Source of the DNA: the human T2T-CHM13v2.0 reference genome, Homo sapiens
Reading direction: 5' to 3' (one strand)
NCBI RefSeq assembly: GCF_009914755.1
Contig: NC_060932.1
DNA: 64,000 bases
This document shows, piece after piece, positions 16,060 to 29,500 of this stretch. The notes beneath the pieces were generated by a model. That model saw only the letters and a program-made list of their open reading frames with translations. It ran no database searches and was not told the DNA's origin. Position 1 is the first letter of the stretch, and the number at the start of each line of letters is the position of its first letter. Made by a program: the position numbers and the translations under genes.

Positions 16060-16500
16060 GGACCTATTTGTAGTTGCCTGAAAATGCTTTTCCTGAGATG
16101 CTTTCTCCTCTTCATCTTTCAAGTCTCAGCCCCAGTCATCCCCAGGCAATTTCTCTGTGCCCCCACCATGAGGGTGACTGAGATAGTCATCATCTATGCT
16201 TGTTAACACACCATGCATGTACCCCTATTTCAGCATTTATCACACTAATGTATTGATTTTTCTGCATTTCCACTAGTCTCTAAGCTGCTTGAGGACAAAG
16301 CCCATTACACACACATACACAATTTGGTGAGTGGCAAATATCAACATTCCAAGATATTTCTTCTATCGCCCTTTTACTTTATTTTTAAAATTAACATACA
16401 GTAGCATGCCATATATAACTGATTCTATATTTCTATGTTTTGGTAACTTCGCACAGTGTCTGGCCCACAGAGAGGTTCAGTAAATATTTGAAACAAAGCA
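16060..16500 (+). mobile_element. L2 relics
   Basis: ccactagtctctaagctgcttgaggaca; gcacagtgtctggcccacagagaggttcagtaaatatttg. Confidence 0.55.
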
Positions 16501-17556
16501 TGAAGGTTAAGAATATTTATTTGTTCTACCCAATTAAAGTTCCTTGGGTCATACATTTTTAATAAAAACATAAAATAATTTTAAACTAACATACTAAATT
16601 AATCATTCTAAACAACTTCTCTACCCCTTTTTCTTTGTAGTTTGAACTAAATAAAATTTTGCTGAGCAAAAAATAAACTTCAGCTTGGTCCAAATAGACT
16701 AATTAGGAATTCATACTGTGCCATCTGAATTAATGAGTTTTTTACTGTACTCAGTGTAATTCTAGAATATTAAAGCCAGAGGAGATCCCAACTTATACAA
16801 GTGTTAATTAGGCTCTTCAAGGTTAACTAAAGAGATAGGAGGGGAAAAGAACAGGAATACCCCTTATCAGGCCTTCTAGGGCCTTAAAAGAAGGTCATTC
16901 AAGGACAGCCCTGGGTCCAGCATTCTGACAGCAGCTCTGTGATTGAACAACTCCTAGCTGTCTCCTTATGGGTAGACATTGACTACTTCTGGAACTGAGG
17001 CTGCTGTTATGGAAAATGGGTTACTCCAGCCTCTGCTTGTTCATGGCTTGTCTTGACTCATTACTTCTGCCATTATTCTGTCTGCCTGCTTATTCTCTGC
17101 CCAGACTGCTGATGGTTTCTCTAGGTCTTGATTTCAAACCTTTACAAAGATAGGCTCTGAAGTTTCCAGTTAATCTCCTTCCTGCCAGGCAGAGATCTGA
17201 CACTAGTCCACCTGCTAAGATGGTGACCCCCTTACAAATTAGCTGTCCTTGAAGCAAGCACCTGCTCCTTGGGCCAGGATGGTGAGAAGACATGGTCCAC
17301 CTTCTTAGAAGGCCTGTGTGGGTGGAATGCACTCAAGTCACACCACTGGGCACTCCTCCCTGATTCAAGAAGCAGAAAGTGAAGTCTGAAAAGTTAGGTG
17401 GACCATTCCAAGGAGTTTTCCTTTTAAAGCCCACTCTGATCTAGGTCTCTGAAGCACATCATCACCCCAATATTGAGAAACCTGGTCTCTGGTTTGTTCC
17501 TTTTGACCCACTACAAATGTTTTGGTTAAATCTTTAAAGGCTGCATTAATAAATAC

Positions 17557-18106
17557 ATCCAGACCCAAGAGAGGGTTCTTAGATCTTATGCAAGAAAGAA
17601 TTCGGGGTGAATCTAAAAGTGAAAGCAAGTTTATAAAGAAAGTAAAGAAACAAAGGAATTACTACTCCATAGGCAGAGTAGCAGCATGGGCTGCTGGACT
17701 GAGTACACTCATTTCTACTCAGGAACTGAGGGTTCCTCTCCTTTTTAGACCATATAGGGTAACTTCCCCATGTTACTATGGTATTTATAAGCTGTCATGG
17801 TGCTGGTGGGAGTGTCTTTTAGCATGCTAATGCATTATAATTAACATATAATGAGCAGTGAAGATGATCAGGTGTCACTTTTGTGGCCATCTTGGTTTTG
17901 GTGGGTTTTGGCTAGCTTCTTTACAGCATCCTGTTATATCAGCAGGGTCTTTATGACCTGTAGCTTGTGATACCAGTCCTGCCAACCTCCCATCTCATCC
18001 TGTAACTAAAAACGTCTAACCTCCTGGGAATGTGACCCAACAGGTCTCAGACTTATTTTAGCCCCCTATTCAAGATAGAATCGCTCTGGTTCAAATGCCT
18101 CTGACT
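17557..18106 (-). mobile_element. MER41 (ERV1) solo LTR with internal deletion
   Basis: Reverse complement begins gtcagaggcatttgaaccagagcgattctatcttgaatagggg and includes aaaaccaagatggccacaaaagtgac and ttaccctatatggtctaaaaagg. Confidence 0.88.
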
Positions 18107-18369
18107 ATACTGCCCTTGTGTCTTTTACCCAAATTATTTATGATTAAAAAATAAGGATGTCTGATATCATTGGAACATGAATAAGTAGGCCCACAGCAGA
18201 TAATTTTCATTTGTTTTCCTTAATCTAAACAGATGAGTTGCTGTTTTATAAACAAATATGTAACATTGCAAGAGAAACTGGCATGAAGCTTACCAGAATC
18301 TACAGTTACTTAGAAGCTATTAGTATTACTTTGTTTTAGAAGTTTGACATAAGGGAATATGGAAAATAG

Positions 18370-18480
18370 AAATTTATTCAATTGATATTTATCAAGAACC
18401 AACTATGTGCGAGACACTGCACTAAGCCCTGGAAATATAGCAGTGAACAAGGGAGATGTAGTCTCTGCTTTCATGGCACA
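18370..18480 (-). mobile_element. L2 3' end relic
   Basis: atttattcaattgatatttatcaagaaccaactatgtgcgagacactgcactaagccctgg. Confidence 0.6.
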
Positions 18481-18665
18481 TAAATAGTATGTACTCTATT
18501 GTCTTGGGTTTCCCATGTTTTTAGGATGATGAAGAGTAGGGCAAGGGGTAGACTCAGGGGTTAAAACTAAGTCCTAGAATCCTGCCTCAAAGTTTTCTAA
18601 ATGAAGTATAAATGAAATACTTTTTGCAACCAAATAAGTAATTTGAACATTACAAATGGCAATTT

Positions 18666-18976
18666 GGTTGGATGTGGTGGCTCATTCCTGTAAATCCCAG
18701 TGTTTGAGGAGGCCAAGGTGGGGGGGATCAGTTGAGGCCAGGAGTTTGAGAACAGCCTAGGCAACATAGGGAGATTCCATCTCTACAAAAAAATAAAAAA
18801 TATAAAATAGCCGCATGTGGTGCTGTGTGCCTGTAGTCCCAGCTACTCAGGAGGCTGAGGTAGGAGCATCGCTTGAGCTCAGGAGGTCAAGGCTTCAGTG
18901 AGCTGTGACTGTGCCCCTGCACTCCAGCCTGGGTGATAGAGTGAGACCCTGTCTCAAACAAACAAACAAACAAAAA
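18666..18976 (+). mobile_element. AluJ with (CAAA)n tail
   Basis: Both arms present; TSD-like ggcaattt on both sides. Confidence 0.93.
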
Positions 18977-19733
18977 GGCAATTTAACTCCAACTTCATGC
19001 AAGCTGTGAGTCAGAATAATGCCATAAGGATTTTTTAAAATAATTAATGGCCTTGTTGCCCTTTGGGATTTCTTCCTTTTCCTCCTCCCCACACTGTCAT
19101 TTCCCCAGACTAAAAAGATTTTAAAAACCAGCAAATAACTAGCAGTCCACATCTTGATTATTAGGTTGATTTCAAGCTTTCATAAACCCCATGGTGTACG
19201 ATGAAACCTCAGGCCCTATAGTCCTGAGTAGTTACCAGTTTCCATCACAAAAGACTCATTATTGCCTCAGCCTGCATCCTTCCCAATTATTCAGCCCCAG
19301 GTTAGCATGAAAGGACCTGCCCTTCTTCCGGCTTTGACTAGTTTTTCTTGCAGCGGATTCATTTCTGCTCACAAAACAGTTTTTTTGTAACCTATTAAAA
19401 CACCCAAAATACAGGCCCGTGAATGGACACTCCATCCTGTTGTTACTTGGCACCAGGGAGGGTGTGCTTCAAGCAGTGGAGCCTCAGCAGGAGATCTCTG
19501 GAAAGCATGGCAAATATCTCTCCACATCTACTGCTCATCCCTTAAAACTGGTGATGGCTTAGATTCCTGTGGGGAGACTCCATTACCCAGGGCATCAAGT
19601 GAGCATCAGGGACAACAGATAAAGACCATGTTAATCTTGAAACCAAAAGGATACTACGCCCAAAAGTCAAACCTCGGCCCCCACCTGAATAGTTTCTATT
19701 CATGTAATATCACCTTATTTAAAATGGGAGATG

Positions 19734-20105
19734 CAGTAGAAGGATGGTTACCAGAGGCTGGGAAGGGTAGTGGAGGGTTCAGGGGGAGGTAAGGATGGTT
19801 AATGGATACCAAAAGAACAGAAAGAATGAATAAGACCTACTATTTGATAGCACAATAGGGTGACAATAGTCAATAATAACTTAATTGTATATTGTTAAAT
19901 AACTTAAACAATGTAATTGGGTTGTTTATAACTCAAAGTACACATGTTTCAGGGAATGGGTGCCCCATTCCACATGATGTACTTATTTCACATTGCATGT
20001 CTGTATCAAAACATCTCATGTACCCCATAAATATGTAAACCTACTATGTACCCACAAAAATTTTAAAAAATAATAAAATATATTAAAATAAATTAGTTAA
20101 TAAAT
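19734..20105 (+). mobile_element. 5'-truncated L1MA 3' end with TSD
   Basis: agtagaaggatggttaccagaggctgggaaggg...acctactatgtacccacaaaa; TSD aaaatgggagatg (19721-19733) / acaatgggagatg (20106-20118). Confidence 0.9.
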
Positions 20106-20243
20106 ACAATGGGAGATGGAATATCCTTTGAGCTATCATCCAACTCTGCTTCTGTATTCTGACAAAATGTGTATATTCTGCTGCCTCAACCAAATTATCC
20201 CCCCATCCTTGGCCCTACAACCATTTTTTCCACAGAATTAGTC

Positions 20244-20245
<2 letters not shown>

Positions 20246-20286
<41 letters not shown>
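20246..20286. repeat. (CA)n microsatellite
   Basis: About 20 CA units. Confidence 0.97.
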
Positions 20287-20289
<3 letters not shown>

Positions 20290-20488
20290 AACTGTTCCCA
20301 ATTTAGATGGTATTATAATCTCCAACAGTGAATGTGGGTGCCCTGTGATATTGGGCAGTTTCACCAGGAGGAAGCCACTTCTGACCTTTTCTCCTGGAAA
20401 ATGAACCAACAGTCAGATTCACCTAGAAGCCACCCTTATGTTCCATTGTCTGATGGATAGTTCAACCTTAGACATTGATTGACTCACA

Positions 20489-21009
20489 GTGTTGTTGAGT
20501 CCAAAGCTCGTATTGCTCACTGCATGAGGGCTCTCATAAGTCGACAGATAAGGTGTTAAGGAAAGGAGGGCATCTTTATTTCAGGGAGCCAGCAAACCAA
20601 GAAGATGGCAAACTGATGTCCTAAAGAACCATCTTAAGTGGATAGATTTTTAGGCTTCTTTTAAGTTAGGGGAAGGAAAAACAGAGAGGGGTTAAGGTCC
20701 ATAGGTGACTGGTGACCACACCCATCTGGGCATCAGCAAGGATCTGAGGAGGTGGCAGAACTTTGTCTATGGTTAACTGTTTGTCAGATCCGCTTTGTTC
20801 CTATAAATCTTTAAGACAGCATAGTTGTTTGTGTGCATACTTCCTTATCTCCTGGGGGTTAGTTTTGGGAAGCAACTATTATCATCCTTGTTTTAAAGTT
20901 AAACTGTAAACTGAATTCCTCCCTTGGCCTATGTGCAGGAATGAGCAAAGACAGCTTGTAAGGTTAGAAGCAAGATGGAGTCAGCTATATTAGATTTATC
21001 TCACTGTTA
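20489..21009 (-). mobile_element. ERV1 LTR (LTR8/LTR26-like)
   Basis: aagcaagatggagtcagctatattagatttatctcactg; aaagttaaactgtaaactgaattcctccc. Confidence 0.6.
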
Positions 21010-21439
21010 AAACAGGTATAGTGAAGTGTCTGAACAACTTCAGGCATGCTTTGGTTATTGAATTCAGCCTCAGAATCACACATTTATTATGAAATGAAAT
21101 GAAAACCTTTGTCATACTATTAATTTGTAAGACTGAAATAGATTTTCTAAAGGCATATTTACTCTCATTGTGGCAATCTGTCCTTATATTTAAAAATAAT
21201 AATGTCAATTATCATCAAAGTCTGATAACTGATTCTACAGTGTACTGATACGTAAAATAAATCAATGAGCAACTTAAAGCCCTTTTCCAGTAGTTATTTC
21301 ACGTAAACTAGGTGAATGGGAGCTTATAGGTTTCTGGTGAATCTGTGGCTCTTGATGTGGATACATCAAGAAATTTACATGTCCCTTTCTCTGACTTTTC
21401 TTCTTGCAATTTTGGGCATAAGAATATATAATTTGGTTA

Positions 21440-21886
21440 TAAAAATAAAGGGCTCACATTCAGAATATGTAAAGAACTTCTATAAATCAATAAGAAAAAG
21501 ATATCTACAGAAAATAGGAGAAGATCTGAACAGGTAATTTACAAAAGAAGATCTCCAAATGGTTTTCAACTTCATTAATAATCATGCCGATGCAAATTAA
21601 AATCACAATAAGATACCACCATACATGGAACAGAATAGCTAAAACTTAAAAGTCTGACAAACCAAGTGTTGGTGAAGGTAAAGAGCAATGAGACCTGTCA
21701 TTTGCTGTAGAAGGGAGTGTATTGTGCTTGGTATTGTACATTAGATCTAAAAATTAGCATATGCTAGGACCCAGATATTTAACTCTTGGTGTAACTGAAA
21801 TGCATATATATGTACAGCAAAAGACATACAAGAATGTGTGAAGCATTGTTATTTTTCATAGAAAAAAAACCGTGAAGAAATCTATA
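21440..21886 (+). mobile_element. Old L1ME-type ORF2 3' region (left part)
   Basis: atgcaaattaaaatcacaataagataccacc...ctgacaaaccaagtgttggtgaagg...caaaagacatacaagaatg. Confidence 0.75.
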
Positions 21887-23785
21887 TGAGACTTCTGGTT
21901 TCCAGCTTGGAAATCATCATTCCCATCCTTACGACAAGAAAAATGATGGACAAACTGAAAGCCAACATCTTTTCTTGGATCTGTCAGAGAATTGAGGTCA
22001 CAAGGCAAACCACTGCCCCCAAAATCAGAGAGATGGGTGAGTACGGAGAATCATAGTTTTCTGGGAATACAAGCCCAGGAGCAAAAGCCACTACTGGAGC
22101 TGGTACTAGGGTATAAAAGCTTAACTTGTAATCAATAAATTGCTAGAGCTCAGTGTGCCCATGCTTGAGAGTTGGAAATTCAGGGAGGTGGGTATGCCTA
22201 GTCTTTGGGGACCCCATACTTTCATGAGTTTTATCACCAAGAGTCCCATCAAATGCTCAGGGTGAAGATCAAAGGAAAACTCCCTCTTGCTTCCTGCAAG
22301 GAATAAAGAAAAGTAACCATTCTGAAATACATCCAGTGTTGGATTTAATAAAAATGTACCCTCAAGGAAAACTACTTTAGCAGAGCCTAACCACCTTGGG
22401 TTTTACCAGAACCTAACAGAAAGAGAAAGGAAGAGAAAACATCCAACTCCAGTCCCTTCTAGCCTTCCTGTCTCACCTAAGCCTTGTTGTAAGAGTAGAG
22501 CATGATTGTAAAGCACTTGTGCAGGTCACAGGGGCACAGGCTCCATAAAAGACTGAAACCTAATCATAGGACGACATGCTTTCCCTCCCCTCACACTCTT
22601 CTACCACATCAATAGGGCTTCTGTATAATAGCAGATTAAACTAAAAGAACTGCAAGCGTCAGTCCTTATTTAAGAAGTCTCAAGAAAGAACCCAAAGACA
22701 ACAGAGGAGGAAAAAATAAGGACACCAAAGAAAATGTTGGTCTTTAGCATCCACAGCTATGACAAAGAATCAACACAGTTTAACTCCTAGCCGAAGAAGC
22801 ACAAAACCTCAGTATGTCGTGGACAGTTTTCAACAAAAATATCCAAGGCAAAAACACAGCTAGACGAGACAGAGAAATCAGAATCAGACTCAGACATAGC
22901 TGCAATTTTGGATTTATCATGCTAAGAATTTGAAATAGCTGTGATTAATATACTAAGGACTTGAAAGGAAAAAGTGCACAACATGCAAAAGCAGATAAGT
23001 AATGTAAACAGAGAGATGGAAACTCTTAGAAAGCACCAAAAGGAAATGATAGAAATCAGAAACAGTGTAACAGAAATGAAGAATGCCTTTAATGAGTTCA
23101 TGACTAGACAAAACACGGCTGAGGAAAGAATTAGTGAGCTCAAAGATATGTCAACAGGAACTTCCCAAATTGAAAAGCAAAGAGAAAAAAGAATGAAAGA
23201 GACAGAATAGAATATCCAGGAAATGTGGGACAATTTTAAAAGGTATAACATATTCATAATGACAATATTAAAAACAGAAGAGAGAAAGAAACAGAAGAAT
23301 TATTTGAAGTAACAATGGCTGACAATGTTCTAGAATTAATGACAGACAAAAAATCACAGGCCCAGGAATCCAAAAGAACGTTAAACAGGGCAATACTAAA
23401 ATCCTCTACACCTAGTCATAGTCGAAGTACAGAAAATCAAAGAAAAAGAGAAAATCTTGAAAGAAACAAGAGGGAGGAAAAAATGCTTCACCTATACAGG
23501 GACAAAGATAAGAATTAAATCAGACTTTTTTCTGAAACAATGCAGACAAGCAAGAAAAAAAAATCCACCAACCTAGAATTCTGTATCCAGCAAAATTATG
23601 CTTCAAAATGAAGGAGATATAAAAACTTTCCTAGACAAAGAAATATTAGGGAAATTTGTCACCCATCAATCTGTCTCACAAATAAAAAAGGTTAAAAAAA
23701 GTTCTTCAGAGAGGGAGGAATGTGATACAGGCCAGAAATTTGGATTTACATAAAGAATGAGTGTTAGAGGAAGAATAACTGAAAG
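21887..23785 (+). mobile_element. L1MC-type 5' UTR and ORF1 relic
   Basis: gagacttctggtttccagc 5' end; ORF1-like peptide NMQKQISNVNREMETLRKHQKEMIEIRNSVTEMKNAF...AEERISELKD; aacctagaattctgtatccagcaaaattat. Confidence 0.85.
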
Positions 23786-23869
23786 GCTTCTCTGTTCCCT
23801 CCCTGAAGTACTAGCACCATTCCCTGAAATTAGACCACCCTGTTCATGTCATTGAATACAAACGCCTAC

Positions 23870-23978
23870 TCATTTTCTTTCTTTATTCTTTTTTTCTCAT
23901 TTTTTCTTTTTCACATTTTTCTTTTCTTTTGTTTTCTCACTTTTTTCTTTGTTCTTTGTTTTCATTTTCTTCTTTTGT
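23870..23978. repeat. T-rich low-complexity tract
   Basis: Degenerate poly(T) with C/G interruptions. Confidence 0.85.
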
Positions 23979-23999
23979 TAGTTGTTAGTATTGTTAGCA

Positions 24000-24615
24000 G
24001 TAAGTTCACCATGCTGCAGGGCCTCTTGGCCATCTCGGCTCAGGAGGAGACCCATATTGGCCATGACCAGCTCCTCAAGATAGCAAGAATATCTTTATCA
24101 AGGTGAAGATGGCCTGGCACTTCAAAAGTGGGGCTGTGCAGATCATCAACACAAGTCAGTGGAATGCATCTCTGCTCTGAGACTGTTCCACAAAGTCTAG
24201 AAGGGCCAATGCTGGATGGAGACAGCTGTGGAAAAGAGCTGTGTGGGAAGTCCATCAACTGTGTGTGCGTGGCATGCCCGGCCAAGAGGATCCCGGGAGT
24301 GGAGGATGACGGTGTGCAAACTGCTGTGGCATTCCCTCCATGGGTTCAAAGTATTTGTCATCCCCATGGCATTCAAAAGCATTGTGTCCAAAATAACCGT
24401 GGGTTTAAGTTTCAAAGAGTGCCAGGATCCACCTGGGAGACAAGAGGAGAGGCTTGCTAGAAGGTGCAGGCTGACCCCTCCACTCCAGCCTGGGTGAAAC
24501 TTAAAGAGAATAGACTATTTCCTGAGGCATTTCTCCCACACCCTGATCCTCTCTGTCTTTTATTCTGTGTTTGTTGGGGAGGGAGGTGGTTCTATAGAAA
24601 TAAACACAATAAAAA
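24000..24615 (+). pseudogene. Unidentified mRNA-like segment, candidate degraded processed pseudogene
   Basis: GC-richer, codon-like block (caccatgctgcagggc...atcatcaac...) unlike any repeat I recognise, followed by aataaa and an A-rich stretch at ~24598-24615; parent not recognised. Confidence 0.35.
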
Positions 24616-25639
24616 TTTTAATGGGGAAGTATTTAATATCTTATTTTCTGAGTTGTTTTTAACGATGGATTCTGGGAGGTAATTATTGATTTCAATGGCT
24701 CTTATTTATGTTTGTCATAGGGAACATAAGCTTGTCACTTCCTTCAGCTGGTTTTATAACAATGACATTAACACCAATAAATAACATTAGCAGCTACTAC
24801 TGGCCAAAGTCTTTCTATATCATTCTTCTTATTTTTAGCCACACAAAGCCACTTAACAGATTTGAAAATGAATAGTGAGGGAGGTTAAGGAGCTTGTTGA
24901 AAATCACTGAACTGGTGAATGGCAGAGCTTATGTTGTGAGCTTGTGCTCTCAACCTCAGTGCTATCAGACCTCCCTTGGTTCAGGTCTATGGGCCCCTAG
25001 AGTCCTGTTTTTGTTTTGTTTTGTTTGGGCATCCTTTTGAGGTTGGTTTACTGTGACTCTTAAATGGATAATTCAAAGTCATGAGAGAGAGGACACAACC
25101 AACTGCTTTGTATAGCACTTTTCCTTGGTCCTTGTGAATTAATTTGTGTGCTGTCTCCTAAGTCCTCCTCTGCATAATCAGGTCATAGTTCTGAAGTACA
25201 AATTCTATCTCAAAAACATGAAAGAAAAATGATGCTGTCCAGAGTGCTGAAAATGCTACTGGTGAATGGAACCTTGTATATTAATACTATATAGCCTGGG
25301 CTTTGGTGTCTCCAGGTCTTTGGCACACACCTTGACCCCTCTGGTATTACAGCTTTAGAAGGAGCCCAATTTAAATACAAACCAGAGGATGGTGGCTAGC
25401 AAAGGGGCCTCCTCACTCCTCTCCTACCTCGTGTCAAAAATTCTTAAGAGCTAAATAGCAAATGTAGAGCAATGTCTTTAGAATGAGGATCTCTTGTTCA
25501 TCCCTACCCACTAACCTGGAAGATTTCCTTTCCTTATTCCAATCCTTTTCTATTAATGAACAAACTAATTTACTCAAATAGTCAGTATTTTGACTCTTGA
25601 GATGTTAGGAGCTGTATGAGTATATAATATGAATAATAA

Positions 25640-26000
25640 ATGTTTGTCAAACAAATATATTTACTGGCAGCCACTATCTGCTTGCAGGGTGCTAGAGCCA
25701 GAAAGATGGGTAAACTATAATACTTGTCTTCAAGGAGCAAATATACTAGTTGGAGATTTATTCACAAGTATTTTTTGAGCACCTTTAAGTGCCTAGCACC
25801 AAGCCAATGACAAAGATGTATTTCTTTAATTTGATGAATAGTGGTGATATGTATATAGGAGGGGCACTTAATCCAGCCTGGAGAGGAGGGAGGTTAGGTT
25901 GATGGAAAGTAGACAGAAGGTGAGACTTCCTAAAGAAAGTGATGATTGAATGGTCTTAATGGATGAGTGGAAGTTGGCTTGCCAACAAAGGATAAGAGTG
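25640..26000 (-). mobile_element. L2 relics
   Basis: tcaaacaaatatatttactggcagccactatctg; tttattcacaagtattttttgagcacc; gacttcctaaagaaagtgatg. Confidence 0.5.
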
Positions 26001-27603
26001 AGGCAGAACTTTAGAGACCTGGCACTGAGAAAGACAGTAGAATATACCTTTCAGGAGTACATTTCAGCAATTAACAAAGAGCTGTGTATGTGACAAAAAC
26101 AGCATTCCTTTCATCTGGAAAGTAGGGCAGAAGAAATATGTTCTGGGCTGTTGGCAGCCAACAGAGGCAGAAAGCAATGTTTGCCAGAACATGCTCTGTA
26201 GAACTCAAGATGCTTGGGATATTAATTAGTGCAGCTTGATAAATAGATCCCAAGGTCAAATTAATACAGAAAATACATATGTCCATTGTTAATCTTAAGA
26301 AGGCACGAAGTCCACAGTTTTCTGGAAGGTTTGAGCAGGTTTTCACCTGGGTATCTTGAGAAACTAGTGCTCAGAAATGCCATGTCAGCACTTATGTAGC
26401 ATGGATGCTATCTGGTTGGTCTAATAGGTCCACCTCTCCCTGAAGATATGCTGATTCTTCCCAGAGATCAACGCAAGCCAGAGGCAGGCTGGAAAGAGGC
26501 AGTTGCAGATGTGTTGATGGGGAGATGCAAAAATGGAGAGTGAACGAAGTTTTCTAGTTAACCTTTAACTGAAGCCACTGCTCATCTGTTCTGTGCTGGG
26601 AATTGTAAGCCCTCCAGCTCTCCAAAGTATCAGCTTCATGCTGTAGCTAAAAAAGCATGTGCCCTTTTCTTCTCTGATTTCTTTGTATTCTTTTAACCTC
26701 TTAAGGCAGTACAATGACTCACATGGATATTAAAGGTAACAGCTATTTTTTATTGCTGGGCTATTGATTAGGAGAAAGCAGGAATTCTTGATTGAGATAG
26801 AAGAGGTTGGTTGGAAAAGAATTTGATCTATTTTGGTCCCTTGACACTTGAGAGAATTGTGCCTACTAAGAATTTTGGCTTTTAGAGTTAAAAGAAGGCA
26901 GCTAAAGTTTTAAAGTGAAAGCTACGTAAGTGTCGTCTCTCATTTATATTACAAATGCCAGGATTATCAGTGCTGGTCATTCAGGGAGGAACTGACTTAC
27001 TCATGGACATCAAAAGGAAAGAAAGTAATAGATTTCTCCTGATTTTATACAGCTTCTGCCCTTGAGTCACTGTACAAAGTGGCAATTGCCCCAGTTGTTA
27101 TCCTGATGTCAGTCTATATCTCCCAAGTGTTAAAAGCTATTTGATTTGTAGTTTTTATGATGCTCATAGACATTTAAAATCCTATATGTAGAAGAGTCTT
27201 CACAGATCATGTAGGATAGTGAATTCAGTTTTAGCGTGTTCTTGTGTTGTCTGTAAAAGTTACCTTTAAGGTACATCTACCAGGATGTACTCGGATGCAC
27301 GAAGAGGGAAAAAAACTGTCGAGAAGAGAGATGGGGGTTGGCATGTGGAATGTGTTGAAGACAGTAGTTCTTATATTTATTTTTCTCTCCAAGCAGCATT
27401 GACCATGGCCTCTGTGCCTTGTAGGAGAGGAGGTTAGGCCAGAGCAGGGATGATGGGGTGAGAGTATTCAGATAGGGAAATGAATAGACAGCAAAATGTA
27501 CTAAGATTTGTTGTGTCTGCTTCACCTCCATTTGGCTATGTACCTGCCTTGTTTAGCTTATATCATGTTTTCATCCATATAGTAACATATCATATAAATT
27601 GCT

Positions 27604-27926
<323 letters not shown>

Positions 27927-29149
27927 CATAAACTGCTTAACTTTTGAAAGGCTATGTTGTCTCTAAAATCAAATCTGATTGGATGTTGGAACCTCAGCTA
28001 CCGTGCTTTCCTCCCTCACTCTCTAAATCCCTCACACACGTTCACTTATCCTTAGAAAGTGAGGTTGCATTTACCTGGAGTCATTAGTAAAGATTAATTA
28101 AACACCTGCTCAGCTGCTTAAACATGTGTGTTATGATACTCCAAAAACAAAGCTATTCAAAATTTATGGTGTGAAGGAGGGTAAATGTCTTACATTATTT
28201 TTTATTAACTCTTAAGGTTGAAGGATTGCAGTTTTTGTGTCTCCCATATGGGAGGTAGAAAAACATTCTGAGACATTCATTCGTTTTTAAAGTATCATTC
28301 AGAAGAGAAGAAAATGGAGACTTCTGTTTACTTGAGTGAATGATTATTTACACTTTTATTTCTGGCTTGCAATTTGAGAGTTTAGGGGAATTATGCCTTT
28401 ATTTTAGATATGAATCTCGGAAAATAAGTGCAGTAGGTTAACAAGGCAGGAACATCTTACAATATTACTTCCTTTTCCCTTCTTCATTAGTTCCAGAATG
28501 AGTTAATGGCTTATCCTTTAGACTTTCTCCTTTACATTTTTTCCCATCTCTTTGCAGATAATGTCACAAAGTCCTGGTGACACCCTCTTTGATAATCAGA
28601 GCTGTTCACAACTCACTTTAGAGCACTCACTCCTGAGCTGCTGGGTCACACCTCCCTGTGCCGGGATCAGCCTGTATGTCAGGTCCTCCAAGCTGCAGTA
28701 TGTTCGGGGCTTCTGTCCTCTCAGACAGTCCCCAGACATAGGGGCTGAGATATTTTTTGGGGGGACGGGAATCTGAAGCTCTTTCCAGGGTCAGACTGCT
28801 TAGTGAGGTCGCTGAAGAGTTCTGAAAGGTTCCTTGATTGAAAATTTCATGGCATGAAATTTCTTATGTCCTTTAAAGTTGAAGTACACCTTTTTGGTGT
28901 GGACTTTCTTCTCGAATATGTTTAGCACAGTGCCTGGCACATAAGAGTGCTCAATAAATAGTTTTTTTCCTCTGTTCCAGTAAAAGAGTTGTAAATAAAA
29001 GAATTAGAGTGAAATTTTAGAAGACAGAAAAAGTACTATGTACGGCTGAGGTTACAGATGTTTTGTGGATGAGGCTGATTTGAGCCAAGAATGCATCCGT
29101 TCTACAGATGCTGACGCTATAGCCTACTGACTGTACTTCAGGTACTCCT

Positions 29150-29500
29150 ATGGAATGAGAATATAATGGTGACCACACGCACAAAGGTTTGCAACCTGGT
29201 GAGGTAAACAAACATTCATCAAATAATTGTAGAAATGTAAACTTACATGGGAACAACCAAAATATCCAAAAGGAAAATGGTGAAATAAATCATATTAATT
29301 TTCATTTAATATTTTGTAGCCATCAAAATTATTTCAAAGAATTGTTAATTACAATAACATAATTTAAAAAATAAGATATAAAAGTAGAGAATATAATTTC
29401 TATTTTATAAAACAAATAATGCTTACCTAGGTGTAGGAAAAGTGATTATATACCACATTAAACAGTGGTTCTTGCTGGTGATGAGATTAGAAAGCATACA
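29150..29500 (+). mobile_element. Old L1ME 3' relic
   Basis: gggaacaaccaaaatatcc...tgtagccatcaaaa...aaacagtggtt. Confidence 0.45.

Noticed and set aside
22922-23257. 111-aa membrane-protein-like ORF on the minus strand
   Set aside because: It is the antisense reading of A-rich L1 ORF1.
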